A stretch of DNA of 64,000 bases from Candidatus Hadarchaeota archaeon (GCA_964384105.1 CAYLJV010000004.1:1-64000); one strand, 5' to 3'; shown: positions 29,336-40,186, counted from the stretch's first letter. Notes: a model not told the origin generated them from the letters alone. Translations and numbers: made by a program.

Positions 29336-29908
29336 TCATTTTTTATTTAAAAAATAACGGTTAAACCAACTATGCAGATGATCCGGATCAACTTTGGAAA
29401 TATCCATTTCATCGATTTTTTCTAGTTCGATAACTTCCTTTAACTTCTTATCTAATTCTTTTTGCATATAATCCCCCTCCCTCTCTACTATACTTTTCAA
29501 ATTACCTTTGAGAATAGGCCTATAGACATAATTTCTAATCCCATCTGATGCCAACAAAAGATATTTCAGTTTAGTATCGTATTCCTTCCAAATTACGTAA
29601 ATATATCTCCGTAGCTGATTCTTTGCCCGCTCTAGTACCATCTTGTTCCTTCCTGAATCTAACCTATCCGCTTTAAATTCAATAATGAGATTTTCAGGGA
29701 ATACACCGGCCCTACCTCTAATCGCAACAGCTCCCCTCCTTGTGACGAGATACTTTTCAAATTCTGGGAAGACTTCCTTTGCATAATCAATATCTATTTC
29801 TTCCCCGAAGATGTTCTCAACAAAACTAAGAAAACGATAAGCCTTTGAATGTTCTGTATTTGAATCTTCTACTTCAGAAATATAATTCCGAAGAGTGGAT
29901 TTGTCCAT
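29336..29908 (-). pseudogene. N-terminal nuclease-domain fragment of a type IIG-like restriction-modification enzyme
   Basis: LIIEFK...ERAKNQLRRY and LLASDG(I) pattern; no methyltransferase motifs follow. Confidence 0.55.
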
Positions 29909-30136
29909 TTATGGTATCCCATATTCTATTGTTCAAGAAACCAAAAAAGAATTTTGGCAAGCTTAAAATTGAATTTTTAATTTTTGTGCAAAGCCCACCA
30001 TCATAGTGAAACAGTTTACGGACCTTAACTTCTTCATCTTCATTATTGGTATAATTTTTGCGAACGTTTCGGGTTACTTGCCATGTTTGTGTGTTTCCTT
30101 CGATACTATAAACTCAATATAGCAAAGGTTCTATTT

Positions 30137-30417
30137 TGCCCATTCTGCGGACCTGAGAACTCTGCGAACGCAAAGTTCTGTAATGAGTGTAATGGCCCCC
30201 TTGATTCTTTTTTGCAGAGCAGAACGATAAGAATACGAGAGAACAGGATCACTTGACCAAGAAGGCCATCAGGAGACTTATGGATAAAGCACCGGAGATA
30301 TTAGAAGAAGTTCTTAAAGAAGAGGAAATATCTAGGGAAATTTATAGATTAGGGGGAAAAGAAGGTCAAGACCTAAGCTTGGGGGTTATTTTTTCGCCTT
30401 TAGGCGATAGAAAGTAA
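30137..30417 (+). pseudogene. Remnant resembling the C-terminal zinc ribbon and tail of an archaeal tyrosine integrase
   Basis: CPFCGPENSANAKFCNECNGPLD, then frameshift to LTKKAIRRLMDKAPEILEEVLKEE. Confidence 0.5.
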
Positions 30418-30539
30418 CTCAGTAGTTATTGATAATATGTATGTCTTGACGGGTTGTGGATATTTCGAGATTTTTTGGGTTAGATATTAATGTAGGAATA
30501 CGAAAACCCTTAATAAGCCTGTTATGTGGGGGAGTTTTC

Positions 30540-32504
30540 ATGCCGAATTCTAGTAAAGATAGCAATCATCACGATCATCATAAGGCGATGCTGAAAGATT
30601 TTAGAAAGAGATTTTTCGTTTCACTAGTAGTTACTATTCCAATTCTTGTTTTTTCTCCGACTCTCCAAGACTGGCTAGGATTTGAATTTACTTTTGCCGG
30701 AAGTAGTTATGTTATTCTCGCTCTTGCCACTTTCATATATTTATACGGTGGTTGGCCGTTTCTAAGCGGAATTTACGATGAATTAAAGGATCGGTCTCCC
30801 GGTATGATGACTCTCATAGCGGTTGCTATATCCGTGGCCTTTTTTTATAGCGCTGCGGTGGTATTCGGTTTAAGAGGAAAATTCTTCTTCTGGGAATTAG
30901 CCACGCTAATTGATGTAATGCTGGTTGGCCACTGGGTAGAGATGCGGTCGGTTATGTCTGCTTCTAGATCTTTAGAGGAGTTGGCGAAGTTAATGCCTTC
31001 AGAAGCTCACTTAGTTAAGAATGGAGAGACGGTTGATGTTGAGATAAAGGAGCTTAAAGAGGGGGATAACGTTCTAGTTAAACCTGGAGAAAAGATCCCC
31101 GCCGATGGAGAAGTCGTGGAGGGAAGTAGCTATATTAATGAATCGATGCTTACGGGTGAATCGCAACCAGTTTCTAAAGCTAAAGATGATGAGGTGATTG
31201 GAGGTTCTATAAATGGAGAAGGCTCTCTCAAGATTAAAATTAAAGGGGCAGGAGAGGATTCCTACCTTTCAAAGGTTATTAATCTTGTTCAAGAGGCTCA
31301 GGAGTCAAAATCTAAGACACAGAGACTCGCCGACCGTGCGGCATTCTATTTAACTATAATCGCTCTTACTGCTGGCACCCTTACACTTTTTGCTTGGCTT
31401 TTTACAGGCACTGATCTGCAGTTTGCCATCGAGAGAATGGCCACGGTAATGGTGATTACCTGTCCACATGCACTGGGTCTGGCAATTCCGCTAGTCAGTG
31501 CGGTTTCAACTTCACTCTCAGCTAAGAATGGCTTGCTTATTCGGAACAGAACCGCTTTTGAAAACTCCAGGAAAATCACCACTGTTGTATTTGACAAGAC
31601 CGGTACTCTCACTGAAGGTGTATTCGAGGTGAGTTCGGTTCGTTTCGTCGATGAACATGATGAGAAGGAGATTATTAGGATTGCTGCTTCTCTTGAGCAG
31701 GATTCGGAGCACCCCATAGCCACGGGAATCATGAAGAGAGCCAAAGAAATGGATATACAATCTCTTTCGGTTTCGGATTTTCATGCCATCAGGGGGAAAG
31801 GAGTCGAAGGAAGTGTTGAAGGTCGGTCCGTTAAAGTGGTAGGGCCAAAATACCTTGAAGAGGAGGATATAACAGTACCCGAAAGTCTAGAACCTAGTGA
31901 ATCCGCTACGGTAGTATATGTTATTTCTGAAGGGGGGTTAATCGGGTCTATCAGTTTATCCGATAGGATAAGAGAAGAGTCATACGAGGCCATAAGGGAA
32001 CTTAAAAATGAAGGGATAAAGTGTTGGATGCTCACTGGTGATAATGAGGCTACCGCAAAGGCTGTTTCGGAGGAGCTTGGGCTTGATGGGTATTTTGCTG
32101 GAGTGCTTCCCGATGAAAAACAGGAGAAGATAAAAGAATTGCAGGAGAAGGGGGAATTTGTTGCTATGACCGGGGATGGAGTCAATGACGCCCCGGCTCT
32201 CGCTCAGGCTGATGTGGGAATTGCTATTGGTTCTGGCACGGATGTCGCTGCTGAGACCGCGGATATAATTCTCGTCGAAAGCAATTCTGCGGATGTTACC
32301 AAGCTAATCCTGTTCGGAAATAAGACTCATAACAAGATGATTCAGAATTTATTCTGGGCTACGGGGTATAATGCCTTTGCGATTCCACTAGCTGCGGGTG
32401 TAGCTGTTAGTTGGGGGATAATTCTACCACCGGCGATTGGCGCTTTGCTTATGTCTGTCAGTACTGTAATAGTGGCAATAAATGCTAGGTTACTAAGCCT
32501 GTGA
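30540..32504 (+). CDS. copB: P1B-type copper ATPase (CopB-like)
   Basis: His-rich N-terminus, CPH, DKTGT, TGDGVNDAP, YN, MSVST. Confidence 0.92.
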   Translation: MPNSSKDSNHHDHHKAMLKDFRKRFFVSLVVTIPILVFSPTLQDWLGFEFTFAGSSYVILALATFIYLYGGWPFLSGIYDELKDRSPGMMTLIAVAISVAFFYSAAVVFGLRGKFFFWELATLIDVMLVGHWVEMRSVMSASRSLEELAKLMPSEAHLVKNGETVDVEIKELKEGDNVLVKPGEKIPADGEVVEGSSYINESMLTGESQPVSKAKDDEVIGGSINGEGSLKIKIKGAGEDSYLSKVINLVQEAQESKSKTQRLADRAAFYLTIIALTAGTLTLFAWLFTGTDLQFAIERMATVMVITCPHALGLAIPLVSAVSTSLSAKNGLLIRNRTAFENSRKITTVVFDKTGTLTEGVFEVSSVRFVDEHDEKEIIRIAASLEQDSEHPIATGIMKRAKEMDIQSLSVSDFHAIRGKGVEGSVEGRSVKVVGPKYLEEEDITVPESLEPSESATVVYVISEGGLIGSISLSDRIREESYEAIRELKNEGIKCWMLTGDNEATAKAVSEELGLDGYFAGVLPDEKQEKIKELQEKGEFVAMTGDGVNDAPALAQADVGIAIGSGTDVAAETADIILVESNSADVTKLILFGNKTHNKMIQNLFWATGYNAFAIPLAAGVAVSWGIILPPAIGALLMSVSTVIVAINARLLSL

Positions 32505-32533
32505 TTCGATCTAAGAACGTTTGCTCTGCTAAG

Positions 32534-32941
32534 TTAGCGGATCGTTTCCTGCTTGCAGAATCCCTGCCCTTGTGATAGAGTTAGTCCCGTTGTTTCTCTC
32601 GTGACCTTTATACTTTTTTTCGTTGTTTCACAATCCTCGGGATGTACAAACAACCATCCTTCTCGATCGAACCTTACACCGATGAGTGCATCGCATCCGA
32701 ACTTTTCACAGAATTCTTTCAGTTTCTTTACTTCTTCTTTGTTGATGTAGACACATTTTTTTGAGCTAGACTTGGTTTCTATTCCTACTACAAAATCTCT
32801 GTTGCTGGCTAGTATGTCTGGTTGGGGATGCTTTCTGCCGGAACCTGAAGCGGGTGATCTCATCACGGCGAAACCACTTCTCCATAGCAAGTTTACTAGC
32901 TCTCTTTCTGCTCGACTTCCTTTTCCTATTTTGACCACCAA
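32534..32941 (-). CDS. hjc: Holliday junction resolvase
   Basis: KGSRAEREL, RSPASG, PDI, IETKS. Confidence 0.93.
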   Translation of the reverse strand: MVVKIGKGSRAERELVNLLWRSGFAVMRSPASGSGRKHPQPDILASNRDFVVGIETKSSSKKCVYINKEEVKKLKEFCEKFGCDALIGVRFDREGWLFVHPEDCETTKKSIKVTRETTGLTLSQGQGFCKQETIR

Positions 32942-33043
32942 ACGTATGGTTTTAGTACTCGATTACTAAAGTTTCCTTATTTCTATGACAGTTTCTTTGT
33001 TTTCCTTAGGATTATTAGGCATGAATTATATAGATAAAAAGCG

Positions 33044-33271
33044 ATGGGACGATATTTAGTCATAGAAGAACCGAGGAGTAATAAATCGTATTTCTACAAT
33101 TTTGCCATTATCGAGGCTGAGGACGAGGAAGAGGCTGAATCAAAGTACTTAGGGAACATAGATGTTGATTTGGACAAGAACGATCTAAATATCTTTGATT
33201 TGAACTCAGTAGAACCAGATTTTTTCTATTACTTGGAAATCGATGAAGAGGAACTCGAAATTAGGAGATGA
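33044..33271 (+). CDS. Hypothetical acidic small protein
   Basis: Clean ORF with AT-rich promoter-like upstream region. Confidence 0.55.
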   Translation: MGRYLVIEEPRSNKSYFYNFAIIEAEDEEEAESKYLGNIDVDLDKNDLNIFDLNSVEPDFFYYLEIDEEELEIRR

Positions 33272-33384
33272 AGAATTACATCCGATTTTTGGTCGGCCGG
33301 TGGTGAGATTGTGAAGTGCTCCTTTTCTTTTTTTTAATTTTGGTACTCACTTTAATTAGGGATAAGAGCGATTATTAGTAGTAA

Positions 33385-36156
33385 ATGTTGAATCTTTCGG
33401 AGAGGGGTCAAACTCTATTTAGGTGGGTATTCTATGCGATCGTCGCTATCGCAGTGTTTATGTTAGTGGTATCCATAGTTTCAGGATTCATAATGGATTA
33501 TTATTGGTTCAGTTCTGTTGGTTATCTTCAGGTGTTCATGGTAAATCTTGAGTATCAACTGATACTCCTTTTTGTGGGCTGGTTAGTCACAACGATTTGT
33601 TTGCTTCATACTTGGCGCGGTATAAAGAAAAGGTTTGATGCCGATGTACCATTTATTGGAGATAAAGTATTCAAGGTTTTTTCTGTTTTGTTTGGTCTCG
33701 GTATTGGGTGGTGGTTTAAAGGAGAGTATATGACCGTTCTTAAATTTTTGAATCGGGCTTCATGGGGTGTTACTGATCCTGTTTTCGGAAATGATATCTC
33801 GTTTTATATTTTTACTCTTCCTTTCATTAAAACTGCTTTAACTTTTGTTGCTGTGGTCTCGGTAGTTGTTCTTTTTGTTTCAGTTTTCTCATATGGAATA
33901 TTGAGATCGGGACTTCGGAAGGAAGAAGAGGAGTTTGAATTAGAGGAGAGAGAGCCATTATCGGATGTTTTTGATTTCTTGAGATCGTGGCCTATCTCGG
34001 GCTCGATTATTTCTCTGACTGCGGTTGGAGCTATTTCCGTCTGGCTCGGTCGTTATTCTTATCTGTGGGAGTTTAATCCTGGTGCGCAGGTGCCTACAGG
34101 CGCAGCTTATATGGCTACTCACTATCTTATTCCATATGCATGGGTCAAGGCTTTCGGAATTATTTTGCTTGGATACATATTTTTATATGTTTTACGAAAT
34201 GCTGAGGAGCTTCGTTATAGACTGGATGTGAGCGGTTTATTCTCTCTGAAAAAAGTAGTTTCAATTGTATTGGCAATAATTGTGATATTTGCGATAGTTC
34301 CCGGTGCGGTTTTCGGCGCTATAGATACATTCAATGTTCAGCCGAATGAACCGGGTATTGAAAGGCCTTACTTAGAGAGAACTATAGAGTATACCAATAA
34401 GGCATACGGCCTAGACGGTATTTTTGAGATTCCGTACACTGTAACTTCAGAAAATTTGGGTGTTGAGGAAGCTCTTAATAGCCCTACTGTAAAAAACGCC
34501 AGAATAGTCGATTATAGGCCTGTTAAAGTTACCTATGAACAGAAGCAGAGATTGAGGACTTATTACGAGTTCCCAGATGTGGACGTGGATAGATATAGGA
34601 CAGAAGATGGTAAGAAACTGGCCGTTATTAGTGCACGAGAGATGGTTGTTAGAGACAGTAGCTGGCAAAATCGACATCTCTTCTTCACCCATGGTTTTGG
34701 TGCAGTGGTATCGCCTGCTAGTGAGAAAGAACCTGATGGGTCTCCAGTTTTAACTGTACGGGATATACCACCCGTTAGCGATTGGGATGTTACCGATATT
34801 CAAGAGCCCAGAGTTTACTTTGGAGAGAGAACCGACGATTATGCTATAGTTAGGGCTGAAGGACTTGACGAGTTTGATTACCCGCTGGGTGAAAATAATG
34901 TTCAGTATAGGTACGAATATGACAGCGGAATACCACTCGATAGTGCTTGGAAGAAGTTAATCGGCTGGTTCTATACGGGTGATTTCAATATGATCGTTTC
35001 TGATTACGTTGGAGAAGAATCTAAACTTTTATTACACAGAAACGTCCACGATCGTGTCAAAAAAATTGCACCTTTCTTGAGGTTCGATCCGAACGCTCAC
35101 CTTTTTGTTGGAGCAGATAAAGATTTGAACTATCTTCTAAATGGAATCACGTGGGCCGAGAAGTATCCTTACTCTTACTCGGACGGAACTGCACCAGGAT
35201 ATCTATCTGATAGCGTGAAGACATTTGTGAAAGCAAATACTGGAAAGGTCGATTTCTATATGGTCGATGAGGATGATCCTGTGGCGGAAGTTTACTCAAA
35301 TATTTATCCCGATCTTTTCCACGAAGGCGAAGAGATGTCCGAAGACTTCCGAGAGCATTTGATCTATCCAGAAAGTCTCTTCGATGTTCAGATGAATATT
35401 TTCAGGAGATATCATATGATGGATTATCAGGCTTTTTACCAAAAGGAGGATATGTGGACTTCTGCGGAGGAAAGATACCACGGTTCGACCAAGAGAGTGG
35501 AGGCCTATAACATCTTTTTGGACGTTAATGGCTACTCAGGATTCGAGAGAAATGAAGAGGAGTTCACTCTAGTACAGCCTTTCACCCCGGAAGGAAAGCA
35601 GAATATGAGGGCGTGGGTTGGAGTCTCCCAGGACCCCACTAACTATGGGAAGATTATGGCGTTAATGTTCTCGAAAGGAGAGCTAATAAGAGGCCCGATG
35701 CAGATCGAGTCTATAATCGACCAGCAGGAGGAGATATCACAACAGTTTTCCCTCTGGGATCGAGCCGGAAGCCAGGTTTTACGAGGTAATCTGTTAGTTC
35801 TACCGGTTGGGGGTGATGTGCTATATATCGAGCCGATTTATCTCAGCGCTGAGACGGCTCCTTATCCTCAGTTGAAGAGAGTTATATCTGTTTATGGTGA
35901 TACTGCTGCGATGGCAGATAATCTGGAAAGTGCAGTCATCGCATCTTTAGGTGAGATACCACTCACTAGACCGCCTGTGGGTGATAATATTATTGTCGGA
36001 GAACTTGCGAGAGTAGTCGATGACTATCTAGACCTTAATAGTGAATATCGTAGATTAATCGCCGAGAATAGGTATGCTCGAGCAGGACAGATAAGAGAAG
36101 AAATGTTAGAACTTGAGAGGAGAATGGCGGAGCTTTTGCGTGGGGAAGATAGGTAG
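33385..36156 (+). CDS. UPF0182 family membrane protein
   Basis: DPVFGNDISFYIFTLP, DVDRY, YTHG-like FTHG, YFGE, GNLLVLP..LYIEPIY. Confidence 0.93.
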   Translation: MLNLSERGQTLFRWVFYAIVAIAVFMLVVSIVSGFIMDYYWFSSVGYLQVFMVNLEYQLILLFVGWLVTTICLLHTWRGIKKRFDADVPFIGDKVFKVFSVLFGLGIGWWFKGEYMTVLKFLNRASWGVTDPVFGNDISFYIFTLPFIKTALTFVAVVSVVVLFVSVFSYGILRSGLRKEEEEFELEEREPLSDVFDFLRSWPISGSIISLTAVGAISVWLGRYSYLWEFNPGAQVPTGAAYMATHYLIPYAWVKAFGIILLGYIFLYVLRNAEELRYRLDVSGLFSLKKVVSIVLAIIVIFAIVPGAVFGAIDTFNVQPNEPGIERPYLERTIEYTNKAYGLDGIFEIPYTVTSENLGVEEALNSPTVKNARIVDYRPVKVTYEQKQRLRTYYEFPDVDVDRYRTEDGKKLAVISAREMVVRDSSWQNRHLFFTHGFGAVVSPASEKEPDGSPVLTVRDIPPVSDWDVTDIQEPRVYFGERTDDYAIVRAEGLDEFDYPLGENNVQYRYEYDSGIPLDSAWKKLIGWFYTGDFNMIVSDYVGEESKLLLHRNVHDRVKKIAPFLRFDPNAHLFVGADKDLNYLLNGITWAEKYPYSYSDGTAPGYLSDSVKTFVKANTGKVDFYMVDEDDPVAEVYSNIYPDLFHEGEEMSEDFREHLIYPESLFDVQMNIFRRYHMMDYQAFYQKEDMWTSAEERYHGSTKRVEAYNIFLDVNGYSGFERNEEEFTLVQPFTPEGKQNMRAWVGVSQDPTNYGKIMALMFSKGELIRGPMQIESIIDQQEEISQQFSLWDRAGSQVLRGNLLVLPVGGDVLYIEPIYLSAETAPYPQLKRVISVYGDTAAMADNLESAVIASLGEIPLTRPPVGDNIIVGELARVVDDYLDLNSEYRRLIAENRYARAGQIREEMLELERRMAELLRGEDR

Positions 36157-36166
36157 TTATCTACAA

Positions 36167-37285
36167 CTACTTTTTCTGGTTAAGCTTCATCCTCAAGATT
36201 ACTGTGGCGATCACGACACTTCCCATGAGGGGTACTAGTGTCCACATTCCGGTTTTCAAACTGTAGTGATCGGCAATCACGCCGATTAGAGCTGGGAATA
36301 CCGAGATTCCTATAGCGGAAGAAGTCATTGCGAGCCCGTTAACCGGCCCGCTGTACTGCGGATAGGAGCCGGTTGTTAGTGATAGGATATTCGGAAAATT
36401 TCCTGAGATGAAGAAGCCCACGGAAAAAATGCATATTACCGATATGATTTCGGAGCTTAGGAAGAGTGCCAGGAAAATTAGGAGGGTCGATATTGCCGAA
36501 TTCCAGATAACTAAGCTTGTGTAACCTGTTTTTTCGGCGATTCTGCTGTAAAGTATCCTTCCAGGAACATAAGCTGCTAAAAACCCGGAGAGTACTATAT
36601 TTGCAAAGTTTTCGGAAAAGAATCCGCTCATGTAGTATGGTAACCATATAAAGAATCCGCCTTCCACCCCGCCGTTGAGAAAGATTATGACTATCATTCC
36701 GAGTATTGGGGCACTTTTCCAGATTCTTCGAAGGCCTTTTAACGAAAGCGGTTTTTCTCTCTTGAAGCTGGGTAGTTCCGTTTTCCACATTATTAGGAAC
36801 AGTGGTATGCATATCAGGCCCAGCAAATAGTAGACAATTCTCCAGCTTCCAAACTTCAGGATTAAACTTGCAAGGAGAGGTCCTGAAGCCGCTCCGGCTC
36901 CCCAGGCGGCAGCGTTCAGATTGTATATCCAGCCCGTTCGATTTGGGTAAAGGTGATTGAGAGTAGGCCTGTCCAGACCTCTGAAGATACCGCTGCCGAT
37001 TCCCGTTCCAACCAAGAAAAGTAGTAACAGGTAGTAATGAGTCGAAAATCCTGTGAATATCAGAAATATTGAGACTATCCCTACTCCTAGAAGGAGAAAT
37101 TTTTTGATTCTTACTCTCCCAGAGGCCATACCCATGGCCAAAACGGTGGCAATGAATCCGACTGACCCGGCGGGAGCAATGAGGCCCAATAAACTCTTGG
37201 AGACCAAAAAAGTTTCCTGAAAATGAGATAGCAGAGGGCCTCTTACTTGCATCGCTGCTGCTCCGATTCCTACAAATAAGAACAT
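36167..37285 (-). CDS. MFS transporter (FucP-like)
   Basis: About 12 hydrophobic helices; the frame stays open upstream to an AGGAGG site. Confidence 0.88.
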   Translation of the reverse strand: MFLFVGIGAAAMQVRGPLLSHFQETFLVSKSLLGLIAPAGSVGFIATVLAMGMASGRVRIKKFLLLGVGIVSIFLIFTGFSTHYYLLLLFLVGTGIGSGIFRGLDRPTLNHLYPNRTGWIYNLNAAAWGAGAASGPLLASLILKFGSWRIVYYLLGLICIPLFLIMWKTELPSFKREKPLSLKGLRRIWKSAPILGMIVIIFLNGGVEGGFFIWLPYYMSGFFSENFANIVLSGFLAAYVPGRILYSRIAEKTGYTSLVIWNSAISTLLIFLALFLSSEIISVICIFSVGFFISGNFPNILSLTTGSYPQYSGPVNGLAMTSSAIGISVFPALIGVIADHYSLKTGMWTLVPLMGSVVIATVILRMKLNQKK

Positions 37286-37467
37286 GCACAGTGTCCAAAT
37301 TTTCCTGTTCCTAATTCTATCAATCCTCCTTTGTAGAGGGTTTTCTAAGAGGTCTTGGAAGCAATATATCTCTGATTATATTAACTAATTCGGTTTGCGA
37401 AATTGGGTTCTAGAAGGCAAAACCTTAAACTTTCAGATGCGTATTTTGGAAGAGCGAGGAGATAAAC

Positions 37468-38427
37468 TTGGTGGGAATAAAAGAGTTACATAGATTTTTT
37501 GTTCAAGAGGGGATCAAAGAGGACCCTCGGGGAGAAGATAGGATCGAGGAACAGCTGAAGAAAAGAAAAGAAAAATTTGGGGAGTTAGAAGGTGTGAGAA
37601 AGGAGGCCTACGACAAAGATAGGCTGGATAATCCCTTTGATGACACTAAAGTGCTTTTTGATTCTGGTAACGAGTTATCAAAAATTGCTGTTGGAATAGA
37701 CATGGAAGTCCAAGAACTTCTTCTTCTGGACAGGTTGAATGAAAAAGACGAAGGAATAGATGGTGTTATCAGTCATCATCCTGAGGGTATAGCTCTGGCT
37801 AGGCTCCATGAGGTTATGGGGCTGCAGATAGATGTTCTCTCCGAAGGCGGTATTCCCATATCGCAGGCAGAAGCCTTAGTTCGGCCAAGGTCTGATGAGA
37901 TCAAGAAAGCCGTTCATCCCAGAAACCACCCTAGAACCCCCACGGCCGCCGAATTGTTGGGATTCCAATATATGACTCTACACACACCGGCCGACAATCA
38001 CGCTTACAATTTTGTTGATGAGTACCTTTCTGAGAAGAATCCCGAAACTTTGGAAGATGTTGTATCGACTTTGCTTGAGATCCCAGAATATGAGTGGTCC
38101 CTAAAGTATGGTATGGAACCTCAGATCCACTCGGGAAAAGATAGTAACAGGGCTGGAAAAATTGGAGTTTTTGGATTTACAGGTGGAACCGATTTGGGTG
38201 AGGATGTGATTAAGAAAATGGCGGAATCCGGAATAGATACACTAGTTGCCATGCATGCTCCGAAAGATCAGATAAAGAAGGCGGACGAATACAACATAAA
38301 CATAGTAACTGCGGGTCATATGCCATCAGACTCTCTAGGATTGAATTTACTCTTGGATAAAGCGGAAGAGAAGTTCGATGTTGATTTCTTTGACATGTCT
38401 GGTTTTAAGAGAGTAAAAAGAGTTTAG
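37468..38427 (+). CDS. NIF3-like protein (long, bacterial-type)
   Basis: DPRG, NPFDD, GIDM, HHPEG, HTPADN, AGHMPSDSLG. Confidence 0.85.
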   Translation: MVGIKELHRFFVQEGIKEDPRGEDRIEEQLKKRKEKFGELEGVRKEAYDKDRLDNPFDDTKVLFDSGNELSKIAVGIDMEVQELLLLDRLNEKDEGIDGVISHHPEGIALARLHEVMGLQIDVLSEGGIPISQAEALVRPRSDEIKKAVHPRNHPRTPTAAELLGFQYMTLHTPADNHAYNFVDEYLSEKNPETLEDVVSTLLEIPEYEWSLKYGMEPQIHSGKDSNRAGKIGVFGFTGGTDLGEDVIKKMAESGIDTLVAMHAPKDQIKKADEYNINIVTAGHMPSDSLGLNLLLDKAEEKFDVDFFDMSGFKRVKRV

Positions 38428-38572
38428 TTTAATTTTTCTTGCTTTCCAACATTTTCTCTGTTTTATCATTTTTCGGTTGGAACTCTTTTTCCCCTTTATA
38501 GAAGATTTGAATGGATATATTTACAAAATTTCGGAACTTTCCCCAGATTTAAATAAACTGAGGATAAAATGA

Positions 38573-39505
38573 GTGAGGCTGATGAAAATGAGGGTTATAA
38601 AGAGATTAATTCTCATAATTACGGTCTTGGCACTTGCTTTTTCCCTTATCCCCCATTCCTTGGGAGATACTATCAGTGGACAGGCAGAGGTCGGTAATTC
38701 AATGCCTCGCTTAGTTGGAGTAGATGTGTCCGGTTCTATGGTTGATCCCGAGAGTTCTTTTACTGTTCGAACTGAGATCAGTGATAACAATACTCTGGGA
38801 GATATTGACAACGTAATCTTGAAAGTCTATGAGAATACTTTTGCTCATACAGATTCTGATGATAAGAGAAATCACTACACCTTTTGGTTTGACCCGTCGG
38901 ATAATACTTGGCATAGCGGGGTAGGGGCGAATATTATTGGTGATCCATTTATAGATTCCACTAATTCTACATATCCCACAGATTTAGGCGTAAATCAAGA
39001 TAATTACAATTTTGTAATCCGACTTAATGGAACTGCGAGCCCATCTAACTGGAATGTGTACGCGGAGGTTATTGATTCACAATCCGATACAGATGATCTC
39101 GAGAAGGGCAACGAGTTTTCGGTGAATAATTACGTAAGCTATAGCATTGGTATTGACACCATTTGCTGGTCAGACTTAGAACCTGATAGTAATACTAATC
39201 CTTCAGATAACAATCCAGTTCAAGTAGATGACATTGAAACGAATGTGAGGTTTGATGTTCAGAATAAGCTGGATAATGATTGGGCTTGTGGTGCTGATAC
39301 AATTGACATAGGTAATACAATGTATGCTAGTTCTGACGGTAGTGGCGAATCGGGATTTGCTAGTATGGCTTTTTCCAATATTTTTGAAAACCAAAATTAT
39401 GGAGAAAATCTAAGCAGGGGAATAAACTATTATCTTGATGTGCCATCGGATTGTTCACCGGGGACGTATACGAATACTTTCATTATCGAAGTAAGTGAAA
39501 CCTAA
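38573..39505 (+). CDS. Secreted acidic beta-sandwich surface protein
   Basis: Signal peptide; D/N/S/T-rich; C-terminal PGTYTNTFIIEV. Confidence 0.75.
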   Translation: MRLMKMRVIKRLILIITVLALAFSLIPHSLGDTISGQAEVGNSMPRLVGVDVSGSMVDPESSFTVRTEISDNNTLGDIDNVILKVYENTFAHTDSDDKRNHYTFWFDPSDNTWHSGVGANIIGDPFIDSTNSTYPTDLGVNQDNYNFVIRLNGTASPSNWNVYAEVIDSQSDTDDLEKGNEFSVNNYVSYSIGIDTICWSDLEPDSNTNPSDNNPVQVDDIETNVRFDVQNKLDNDWACGADTIDIGNTMYASSDGSGESGFASMAFSNIFENQNYGENLSRGINYYLDVPSDCSPGTYTNTFIIEVSET

Positions 39506-39561
39506 TTCCCAAGTTACGATAATGGACGGAGGCTTCTTTAATTCTAGCTAAGAGTGAGAAA

Positions 39562-40152
39562 ATGAAGATTTTTGCTGTACTTTTCTCCTTATTTCTCTTG
39601 GTTACTTTTATTCCCATTTCTGAGTCGAATAGAATCACAGTCACTTATCCTTCAGGAACCGATGATTTAACTATAAAAACTGGAGAAATCACAGAAATAG
39701 AAATTCACCTTTACAATAAAAACGAGAACCACTCATTAAGAGCTAATCTGACTTCCTCGTCTTTGAATAATATCTCTCTTTCATTTAGTGAAAATATCGT
39801 ACTGCCACCTGATAGTATGAGTGAGGTGATTCTGGAGTTAAGTTCCGAGGAAGTAAAGACTTTCTCTGGAGAGGTTCACGTGGAGTTTCTTGAATTGGAG
39901 AATGATTTTTCTTCTGATGCTGGTGGAAATGTCATAGCGGGTTCTTCTATCCCGATCGGCGGAGAAATAGTAGTGGAGCCTCGTGAGAGTTCGTTTAAAA
40001 TAACTCTATCCACTCTTTTCAAAATAATCTTGCCGATTTTATCCTTGTTGGTAGCTATTCTTATTTTTAAGAGAAGATTTGGGGGAAGGTCCTCTCCATG
40101 GAGGAGGTTCTCAGCCGCGAGTCCGATTGCAGGTTTCCGAAAATATAACTAG
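39562..40152 (+). CDS. Surface protein with signal peptide and C-terminal TM anchor
   Basis: Hydrophobic N-terminus; Ig-like core; TM followed by KRR. Confidence 0.7.
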   Translation: MKIFAVLFSLFLLVTFIPISESNRITVTYPSGTDDLTIKTGEITEIEIHLYNKNENHSLRANLTSSSLNNISLSFSENIVLPPDSMSEVILELSSEEVKTFSGEVHVEFLELENDFSSDAGGNVIAGSSIPIGGEIVVEPRESSFKITLSTLFKIILPILSLLVAILIFKRRFGGRSSPWRRFSAASPIAGFRKYN

Positions 40153-40186
40153 CAAAAATTTAAAATCTTGAACCAAGTAATTCGTC

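Noticed and set aside
36339-37298. 319-aa alternative-frame ORF over the MFS gene
   Set aside because: S/R-rich shadow frame of a hydrophobic gene with no recognisable motifs
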